Shown here: in pieces, positions 53,796 to 64,000 of the stretch | Numbering within the stretch: position 1 is the stretch's first letter | How the letters are laid out: the number at the start of each line of letters is the position of its first letter | From: Camelus dromedarius | Lineage: Eukaryota | NCBI RefSeq assembly: GCF_036321535.1 | Contig: NC_087436.1 | Span: 105,340,001-105,404,000 of the forward strand | Reading direction: 5' to 3' | Length of the DNA stretch: 64,000 nucleotides | Notes under the pieces: generated by a model | What the model saw: the letters and a program-made list of their open reading frames with translations, nothing else | Told to the model about the DNA's origin: nothing | The model's database searches: none | Program-made: the position numbers and the translations under genes

Positions 53796-56700
53796 AGTGG
53801 GTTTTTTTTTAAAAAACTTTTTACTGTAGAAATTTCAAACATACAGTAGAGAGAACATAAAACGAGGCCCAGTATTCATCACTCAGCTTCAACGCTTACC
53901 AAGTCCAATTTTGTTTCACCTGCACCCTATTATTTTAAAGTAAATGTCAGGTGTATCTCACATTTCAATATGTATCTCCTAAGTAAAGGACTCATTTTTT
54001 TTAAGTCACAATACTATTATCACCCCTCCACAAAATTAACAGTAGTATCTTAATATCAAATTATGCTGTTATTGTTTATTTCTCTAATTACCTTTCTTTT
54101 TATATTTGACTCGTGATCCAAATAAGATCCCCTAAGGGTAGATTTTAGTGGAAAATGAAGAGGTGAGAAACAGATGGCTTGAGGAGCCAGAGAAAATTAG
54201 ACAAGTGCAGAGAAGAGATTCATAATACTGAAGATAGTTTTTTCTAACAACTTTCCCATGAACTAATAATACTGGATTTATGGGGACATTCCTACTCTGC
54301 CTGGACTCCTAAAGATCTTCCAGGATGCTGGAGAAATTACCATTTAACCTGCTCCAAGTTTCACTGGTTATCTTAAGATAATGGGCTTCAGTCAATAGCA
54401 GTGTATAACAATTCAATTTCAGTGCCAACTTCTTCAACATAAGGCTGCGAATTAGAACCCCAAGTTAGACTAGGCCTTTAAGGCAGTGAGGGTGATCGTT
54501 CTAGCTATATAGAGGGAACCTTTATTCTAAATAAGTGTATTGAAGGCTAATTGAGCCATTGTGTTGGGCTCCAGCCAGCCAAGCTTAATGAGCAGAGTGC
54601 CATCTCAAAACTAGTTTTCAGAGGAAAAGGGAGGCAGACAAACCCCTCAGGATAGATCAGAGGAGCTGAGTGTGCTGCTCTGGTGGGAAGAATGCCTGAT
54701 GTGTCTCATGGACCACATTAGGGAGATGGGAGCTTTTAGGAAGTACTTGGAGCTTTTGACCAGATACAAAGCTGCAAGAGCGTTTTTCTACACTCCTCCT
54801 TCCAAAAAATTTGTTCATAGGCAATAAATGGATCATTTACACCATAAAAGTGGAAAGTGAAATAGAGAAAAGAGAAGAAAAACCCAACAGAACAGAACAG
54901 AACAAAACAAAAGCAAAATGTCTCCTTAGAGAAATTAACCTGGAAATAGGAGACCAAAAGAGTACATTGGTTTGATGAAACTCCTCCTTTAAAGCTTTCC
55001 CCAGTAAGAAAACAGGTTCTGAGGATGACTGATTACCCAAAGTCACACAGCTAATTGAGGTCAGAACTGAGGCTGAAGCCACCAATGGACCCATGACAGG
55101 GCAGGGGCAGGTCTGAAGGTGGTGAAGAAACCCTTTGCAGGATAAAAACTTGATCCAGAAAACATTTTCACAGCTTTTGGGTAAACTTTCTTTTGTTCCC
55201 CCTGTAAAATGCATCAATTTCTCTTTGTGCCTTCAATTTCCCATGCCTGCTCTCTCCATGTCCAATTTATGCCCTATTTGCATCATCTGGACTCAAACCT
55301 TCCAGGGCGGGAGTGGGTGGGTTGGGGCAGCAGGTGTAAGATAGTACCCTTTGGCATAGTGACCCTTGCTAACTTTTCTTGAAAGCCAGTAAAAATACTC
55401 TTTAGTTTTAATCTACTAATTAAAAGCAAATGGACCTTTTAACATTAGGAAATTTAGCATTTTTGTTTGCATTTATGATCATTGTCTATTTTCCATTTAT
55501 TCCCATCTATTTGCAGTAAGTGTATTTGGGGGGCAACTTGGTTTATGCTTTTCCCCAGGAAAAAAAGAAAACCCACAACCAACCAAACTGCTTTTATAGC
55601 CATCCCCATGGAGCCCAGTGCTTCCTAGGCATGAAATTGACTGACACACACAAAAGCAGCAGGTGCGGGGCCACATGCCACTTGCCGCCTTTTTTTCCAG
55701 TGTGTGTTTATAATCAGTAAATGGCTGTGGATGTTTAAATGGTTTCCTAATACTGATGGGGAGCGGATGCCATTATAACTTGAACTTGTATTGCCACGCA
55801 GATGGTGAAAATAAACATCCAATTCTGCACACAGTTTTGTTTGTCTCTCACTTTTAAAAGACCGGCTGAGCATCAGGCATCCACGGTGCCAGCAGGGGCA
55901 CTCAGGCAGGCAGGGCTATGGGAGAGCAGGGCTGCTGTCAGGTTCCAGATTGGCTTTTGTGTTGGGAGCCACCAGGACAGCAGGTTTCCTGTAAGTGGGA
56001 GGGGGCTCATTGCAGTAGCGGACCCCACCCCGGAATTACGAGGCAGCAGCTCCAGATATCCCTTTCCACTCAAGACGTACCTCACACTCACTCCCCTGGT
56101 ACCTTCCTTTCCACCTCTCACTTTCTTAGACACCCTGAAAAACAGGGTTGGTTAGGTACAATGATGGTGACACCAGATTCAATTTCACCCTCCTAGCCTC
56201 CCCTCCGGCCCCTAGGATTGCCTGCTTCCTGGAGGTGATCAGTTTACTTACTACATTTTCCTCCCTCGGCATGTTGGATGGTCTTAGTCAATATTTGTTG
56301 ATTCAGTGATCAACTAACTTGTTCACACTATAGAAATCATCAGTAGGTTTAATGGTAACCTGGTCCAGAAACAAGTGTTTTAACAAATTTGGAATAAAGA
56401 TAGAAGTGAATCCCTGCTATCTTTTGCAAATCAGTGAGCAGAAAGAACAAGGCGTATGTGGGGGCAGGGAAGTCTTCCTAGCACCTTGAGATTCCCGGGG
56501 GAGGGAGCCCACTCCTTGGGAAGCGGACCAAACCTAGGAAGGCCAGGTAAGCCCCTTCTCTGGGGCAGAGGCACTGGCCCCAAATATGAATGGTTGAGGG
56601 ATGACTCTTCTCTGCAGGGCCAGGGAAACTGCTAGACAAGCAAGGGGTTTACTCCATTTCTCGCAGGACTGGTCTGTTTTATTAATGAATCATGCAAAAC

Positions 56701-57054
56701 CAGGGCTGAACTCCCCTCCCCCAGTTGGCTTCTTTCCCTCATACCAACCTCCTTTCTCTGAATCAAATAACGCTATAATCCTTCCCATTTCTATAGAGTG
56801 CTTTCCAGATTACAAAGTGCTTCCACATGCATTATCTTGTTTTCATCCTCTGTCCGTCTTTGGAGCCGGGCAGGGTGTGATGATGTTCTGTATTTTGCAG
56901 TTAAGTCCCAGAGAGGTTTGGTGATTTTGATGGCTCATCTGACCTCATTCCGAGACGTAGGAGGGTCTAGCAGCCCTGGTGCTCAGGCTCTGACACCGGC
57001 CTTAGAGCTTTCTTGGAAACTTTGGAGCAAGGGTTAAGAGCTTGTGCTTTAGAG

Positions 57055-57370
57055 CAGGGATAGGACTCTTTTCCTGGACAGGGTCAGGCAGTAAATGTTT
57101 TAGGCTTTGTGGGCCACACAGCCTCTGTTGGAACAACTCGAAAGCCATAGACTATATGTACATGAATGGGTATGGCTGTGTTCCACTAACACTTTATTTA
57201 TGGACACTGAAATTTAAATTTAATATAATTTTTATGAGTTGTGCTATATCTATCCTTTGATTTTTTTCAGCCATTTAAAAGCGTAAAAAAAAATTATTCT
57301 TAGCCTGTGGGCCACACAAAAACAGGAGGCAGGTTGGGTTTTGCTCAGGGGCCATTGTGTGCTGACCCTC
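57055..57370. mobile_element. MER58B-like hAT-Charlie element inserted in a MIR
   Basis: 8-bp TSD CTTTAGAG (57047-57054) / TTTTAGAG (57371-57378); internal TTTTAGGCTTTGTGGGCCA, ACTTTATTTATGGACACTGAAATTT. Confidence 0.8.
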
Positions 57371-59009
57371 TTTTAGAGCGGGTTCTGCCATTTATTAAGT
57401 GTGTAATTTGGGGCAGATTACCTAGATAAGCCTCAGTGTCTTCCATGACAAGAGGGGAAAAGCCCTAATAATTCACACCTTCAGGGACTAGAGGATGAAG
57501 TGCAGTCACTGGGAAGTGTTCAGCAGGTCTTCTATGCAGTTAACCCTCAGTAGATGGAAGGAGTCATGACTCAATAATGCTAAATTCTGGGGAACAATTT
57601 GTCCTCCCAAAACCTACTGATAGGGGATTTTGCTGTCTTAAACAACTTCAGCCTTTTCTGCACCTGGTCCTAATGAAAAATTGTGTTTTGAAGGGAAATT
57701 CAGATATGCCCACAGAACAGAAACACTTTTTTTTTTAAGCCAAAGATAAGCCTTTAAAAAATAATAACATGTAGTGACAAGAAAGACCCAAACAAAATGA
57801 AAACAGGTAGCACATTTGGCTTGCTGACTGGAAATCAGGATAAGGAGCTTCTGCTGTCCAGCCTTAGTTTCTTCATCTGTAAAATGAGGATAATAACAAT
57901 GGTCTCTACCTCATAGGCTGGAGGAGAAGATGGAACAGAATAATAGGTGCCAAGTGCATAGCACGGTGCTTTGCATGGGGCCAGGATTCTTCCAGAGCAG
58001 GTGAAGAACTCCCTGCTCTGTACCTCACTGGTGCCCCACCACCCTCACCAAGCTCGGGTTCTGGAGAGACCAGTGCTGGTGTTGATGGTGGTCGGGGGCG
58101 GGGAGAGAATTGTCTATTACCAAACATGCACCTTTTATTCCTGAAGACTAAAGAGACTAAGATCTTTGGAAACTCTTTGCTCCCGGCACCCAGAGGATTC
58201 AGCCCCAGGCCAGAGGTCATGGTCTTTGGGGCTCCGGCCTCACCAAAGGAGGCTGGGAGGGCGGCAGGCAGAAGACGTTTACAAGCACAGGGAGTGGTGG
58301 AGGAACTGAATCCAGGAAAAAGTCCACTCAGCATGTGCCAGCCTGGCCTAGATTTACCCCAGTCTGGCTCCCTGCTCTCCCCTTGCAGAAGCAGAAGCTT
58401 GTGACTTGGCATTGTTTCCGGAAATCCCTATAGATCAGCTTTCTTGGATGATTCTACAGCCTTGCGGCAGGGAGGAGAGGTCTGGAGGTGAGAGCAGGGC
58501 TCTTGGGACCCAAGAGGCTAAGTGGGGTGTCTGCCTTCTTGGGCCTGAAGTTCCCTGTTCATCCGTCAGCTGAAATCTCTGCCCCAACCCAGGGGACTGC
58601 TGACACTCGCACCAACAATGTTGCAAGGTGACATTTGGCGAATGGTGAGAACCACTGGCAACCAAGCAGATGAAATCCTGGAAGGAGGGAGGTGTAGATG
58701 AAGGCCATCAGCTCTGTCCTTGACTATCCCATCAGGCAGCCTCATTGTCGACCAGTCATCCCCTCCATGTCTAGGGGCTGCTCTGGCAGGTGATCTGGGG
58801 GCAGCTCTGGGAGCGAGGGGAGTGCACCGCAGACTGAAGCTTGGCTGCTTCTGCCCGGCCCATCCCTCTCTCCTGACCCAGCCTCCTACCTTCTGACTCC
58901 CACTCAATCAAGCAGCGGTCACAGCCTTCTAAAGGCAGGGCTGGCACAAATTACAGGTCAACTGGCCTTTCAGTTCAGTGGGACTCCCTTGGACATGATT
59001 GGAAAGGGC

Positions 59010-59530
59010 GGAGGCTCTTGGACCATTTATCTGTCTGACTGAGATTTACTGAGCCCTGCTAGTTTCTTCTCAGTATTCCATGTCTCTTTTAGAACCTTGT
59101 CTTTAACTGGGAATAATGGCACCATTCCAATGGATTAACTTTCCCAGCTGGCCTTGGAGTTAGGTATAATCTCCCAGTAAGGTCAGGCCATTGAGGTATA
59201 AGCTGAGTTATTGTGTGGGACTGCTGGAAAGTTTCCTTAAAAGGGAAGTAATACACATGTCTGTGCTTTCTTGTTCCTAACACAGAATTCTAATGTGATG
59301 GCTGGAGCTCAAGCAATCATCTTGGACCATGAAGTAGACACAGTAAGTCTAGTGGAGCAGCCAGGTAGAAGGAATTTGGACCCCTGATGATGTTAGCACC
59401 ACATAACTTTCCCTAGGCTGCACGTCTGCAGACATTTTTCATGAAAGGGAGATAAACTGCTACCTATTTAAACTACTGTTAAAATGAGTTCATTTGTTAC
59501 ATACAGCCAACCCCGATCTAAACTGATACA
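59010..59530. mobile_element. MaLR (MLT1-type) LTR
   Basis: GTGATGGCTGGAGCTC..CATCTTGGACCATGA..TTTGTTACATACAGCC..CTAACTGATACA. Confidence 0.65.
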
Positions 59531-62500
59531 AGACCCTACTATGTGCCAGATACTCTTTTAGGTGGCGGTGACACAGAAGTAGGGATGGTACCCATGGTGC
59601 CTGCCCTATACATTCACATTCTAGTGGAGAGAACACCACAAATGAGGAAATACAAAAATTCCAGGAAATAATCAATGCTATGAAGTAAAGAAAACAAGGT
59701 AATAATATTGAGTGAAACATGATTCTAAACCTGTCACATATACTAGCCAATTTTATTTTCATGTCAATTCTATGAGGTAGAGGCTACAGTTATTCCTATT
59801 GTTCAGGGGCCTGTGTAAGGACACACAGCCAGGGAGTGGACGAAGTTGCTCATGAATACCAGCCCACAGCCTCAGAGCCCACACCCTTTAACAGTGGGCC
59901 CTGCTGCCCCCCGACAGGCTAGAGAGAAAGACCCTCAGCTGGCATTGGGCCCTCTGAGTCCCATCCAGTGGTCTTTCTATCAGTGCTGTGCCTTTTCAGC
60001 ATAGTAATTCTGGGGTGTGACTTTGTGAGAGCCAGAGTCCCTAGGGTTCCAACGGGAAGCTGCATGACCTGTCTGATCTGAGTCATGCTGCCTCTCTTCC
60101 ATTGCATGTTATTGGTTACAGACAAGTCACAAATACTGGCCCAGAGTTAGGGGGAGGGGACACAGACCTCTACCTTTCTACACAAGAGTGTCATAGAATG
60201 TGTGGACATGTTTAAAACCACCACACACATCAATAAGCCACACACTCGGTAATGGTCATTCTGGTTGGGAGGCCCCTGGGAAGAAAGCAGACTGCAGATG
60301 CGATGACTGGAGTTCAAGCAACCATCTTGGACCATGAAGACTCCACAGAGAGACACTAGGAGCCAAGAGCATAGCATAGACAATAAGGATGATGAGCAAT
60401 CTAGTCTTCTCAGACGTAACCTAACATGGCTGGGTGCTGGGATCTGGGAAGCTGAGGAGGCCTTTGGGCTGCCCTGGGCATCAGTTCCAGTGGTCAGTGC
60501 TGGCCGAGTCCCCTCCCTCTCCTGAGGGCCCTGGGAGCCACCAATCATAGCACCAGCTGACTCGGGAAGAACTGAGGGGATGTGTCCAGTTCAGGTGTGC
60601 CCAGACACTGGGGAGTGTCCCCACTAGGGCATGGCTAGCCCCGGAGGGATTACCAGTCCCCAGGTAAGCAAGACCATTTATAGATGAGCTCGTGGGAACA
60701 CCAGTGAACTGCTTTGAACCACTGATACCTTGGAAGAGATGGTTTTGAGAGCAACCTGATAGGAATCAGTCTCAAATCTAGGACAACCTTCTAAGGAAAG
60801 TCCTTGGAGTGTCCCCACAGCTATGGAATTGCCTGAGGCAGGGGCCAGTGCAGGAGAAGTTGGGGTCTTGTTCTGAAAGTCTTCCAAGTCCTCCTGCCCC
60901 ATCACCTTCGCCTCCCTCCTAGCACCTAGAAAACAGTGGGCCCCCGGCCCCAAGGAGTACCCCGGGATGGCTCATGGAATGGCAAACATGGGCGTAGTTG
61001 CTATTTATTCAAGGCCTAGGCGTTCATATATTATCATGTATTATCTGGTTTAATCTTCACAACAACCCTGCAAGAGACCATCATTGTCCCCTTCCACAGA
61101 GGGGGATACTGAAATTCAGAAAGATGTAAGGTCACAAGGCAAGTGGCAAAGACAAGACTGAAAGCCAAACCTGCCTGGTTTTGAGTCTTACTTTTCTTCC
61201 TCTGCTCTATCCTAACCCTCACATCTTGATGAGATGGAGGGAAAATTAGGCTTGGACCAGCTTTGAGACCTTGAATGACAGCAGATATACCTCTGCAGCT
61301 GCCTTGGGTCACTCACGAGCAAGCTCAACCGGATTCAAGGACACATTCTATAGGAGGGGAGCATTCTCAGTGCTTAGCGGGTCCCAGGAGTTGCCCTGGA
61401 GGCCCCACGGGTGTTCCAGCCAGAGGCTGCCCAGACCATCTGCAGCTTGAGACAGCTGGGCTCTGAGCAGTGGGGGAGACGCCTATAGAACTGTTCCCAG
61501 AAAAGAAGAACAACGGGAAATGTGGTTTATTATTGGGGAAAAGGTGGGGAGGAGTCTGGGACTAAAGGAAGGATTTGAGTTTCAATGGAAGACTTTTCTC
61601 CCTTCCTCTCATTCTTCAGCTGGCTTTGACTGAGAACAAAGCATTGTCTTTTCATATGATGAACAATGTACATTTTCTTGGGAATCCCCCTGGCAAGCAC
61701 CCTGGCTGTGACCTTAGAACCCAACTGCAAGGGACAGGCTCTCTCCCTGAACACTTGCCTTCTCAGAAATGAGAAAGTGAGCAGAGATTTGCGTCTCAGC
61801 TGAGCTTTGCTCCGTTACAGAGTCACACTCCGTTAATGTCATCCCCAACCCCCAAACCTCGGGCGACCTAAAGTAGAAAAAACAATCTGACTTTGAAGCA
61901 TGTGGGGCTCTTTTTAACCTTCATTTATCTCATTTTAAGCGACTAATCATCTATTTTTGCTGCAGAAACACCAGTGCGTTTCTGGACAGGATGCTGCCCC
62001 ATACGGCCCATGCCCCTTCTCTTAAGACCCCAGAATTCCGAATATGGAAAACATCTGGTCGCAGGAGTATCAGATAAGGAACTGTGGATCCGCCTCAGAA
62101 AAATGGCTGAACTCTCCTCGCTTTTACCACCCTCCCTTCAAAAAATCCTGCTTTTAAAGATATCCTGTTTCTTCTTTCCTCGCCTCCCATCTTCTTACTT
62201 CCTTGGCTCTTTCTTCCCCCTGTGCACACATGCACGCATCCATCCACCTGACAGAAATGCACTGTGGTCCAGGCACATGGCTGGTGGTGCAGAGATGGTG
62301 GGGACCACGTGGGCGGGATCCTGCTTTCGTCAGAAAGGAGTAACTCACTGGGACTGGGGTGGGGGCAGGATGGAGACCAATTCCCTCCCAGCTTCACAGT
62401 CCTTCCACCTGAAGGCACTACAAGTAAATGGACTAACACAACAGCCTTGCAACAGCCTCTTAACGCCATGGCCTGGCCTCTTCTCTTCTGTAACCACAGT

Positions 62501-62606
62501 CAGGGGATCGGTGAAGGCTTCCTGGGAGACAGGCACCTAAGTAGGGAGCAGGAGGATTTCCCTAATGGGGAGGGCCGTCTTCCCTCTTTATTATTGGAGA
62601 TCCATC

Positions 62607-62947
62607 GTCTTCATTAGCTAGGGCTGCTGTAAGCACATACCACAAACTAGGAGGCTTAACAACAGAAACTTACTGACTCCCAATTCTGGAAGCTAGACAT
62701 GCAAGATCAGGGCGTCAGCTGGTTGGTTCTTTCTGAGGGCCAGTCTCCCGTGTGTCTGTGCCCAGATTTCCTCTTCTTGTAAGGATACCCATCACAGTCA
62801 TTTAGGGCCCACACTTCTGCAGTGTAACTTCATCTTAACTAATTGCATCTGCGATGACCCTGCTTCCAGATCAGGTCACATTCTGAGGTACTGATGGTTA
62901 GGACTTTGACATACGAATTTTGGGAGACAGGATTCAGCCCATAACAC
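62607..62947. mobile_element. MaLR (MLT1A/B/C-type) LTR
   Basis: AGGGCTGCTGTAA..TACCACAAACT..AGGTCACATTCTGAGGTACTG..ATTCAGCCCATAACA. Confidence 0.8.
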
Positions 62948-64000
62948 CAAGTCGTTCTTGTAGATGATGCTTCCAGGGAAGAGACTTCTGTCTCTACCAT
63001 CGGCTGAGTCTGGGCCTGTGACTCCTGAAAGGACTGATGCGGATGAGTCAGGAGGCAGGAAAGGAGCCTGACAGGTTCCTGGTGAAGACTGGAGAAGGGC
63101 AGCAGCTCCATCTGTGATGAGCTGAGGTTGGCAAAGTGGGGAGGGGCTTTTAACCAGGAGGTACTCACAGGAGGCAGGGAGACCAGGAGGCTGGTGGGAG
63201 GAAGGCTAAGTTCCCATAAAGGCAGGGCCAAGCAGTGGTGTTGGAGCCATCTAAATGGGCTTTAATAAAAACTGCTCACCTAATGCAAAAAATATGACAA
63301 GATAACTGAAACTCACCTCCCACATCCGGTCCTATTATGAAGGGCCTTTAAAGCAAAGTTCAGAAAAAGTGACAGAGAATGGACAAAGCAATGTGGCACA
63401 GTGGTTCAGGGCATAGGTTTGAAAGCCAGTTCTGCCACTTCGCTGTGTGACCTTAGAGAAATTACTCACCCCTTCTGTGCTTCTGTTTTCTCATCTGCAC
63501 AAGGGGGCTAATAGCTAGACCTATTTTATCGGACTTTTGCAAGAATCACTTGTGAGCTTGTGAGTAGAACCCTCAGAACAAAGTTGAACCCACAGCATGT
63601 TCTTCAGTAAATGGAGCTGCTGTTTATACAGAATGTGAGTGGGTGTGGAGGCCCAGACAGACCACAGCCACACTTAATTTGCTTCTAGCTTCTTCAGACA
63701 GGCCCACCTTCAACCAGTTGTTCAGGAAAGGAGGGAACAGATCCTTATGGCCAGGAGGCCAGGGAAAGTATGCTGAGATACTTTAGTGCTATCCCAAGGT
63801 TCAATTAAATTGCACCCCAGGACACTGAACAACTTGCTGACATGGCCATGGAACCGCTGTCAGTGTCCATGGAGGAATCAAGAGATAAAGGAGTGGTGGG
63901 ATAGAGCCAGGGATGGAGAGAGTTTTCCTAGCTCTTTTTTAAAGGAAGAACTTTTTAAGGAAAAAAAGATGAACTGTAGCAACTCCAGACTGATGTGACA

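Noticed and set aside
57906..58907. 168-aa and 113-aa minus-strand ORFs
   Set aside because: No recognisable protein similarity, partly overlapping a MIR; GC-richer non-coding DNA.
61974..62617. 188-aa ORF, the longest in the track, and overlapping ORFs
   Set aside because: GTG start, no recognisable domain, no supporting exon structure.

Overview
Mammalian genomic DNA, most likely a camelid (inferred from three copies of a tRNA-derived SINE resembling Vic-1). It contains one complete protein-coding gene on the + strand: SEPSECS (O-phosphoseryl-tRNA(Sec) selenium transferase). The gene has 11 coding exons from ATG 16869 to TGA 47655, all introns GT-AG, a 1515-nt CDS (504 aa), a CpG-island promoter and a probable ~4-kb 3' UTR. 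Upstream are a decayed class I ERV (partial LTR, PBS, gag-pro-pol remnants, - strand, ~11.3-15.4 kb) and a solo LTR nested inside another solo LTR, both with intact 4-bp target-site duplications (7590-8695). The rest is LINE, SINE, MaLR and DNA-transposon remnants plus unique non-coding DNA. I found no convincing novel biological system. The findings are modest, testable observations. Repeat family names and comparisons with human SEPSECS come from memory of consensus sequences, not from searches.
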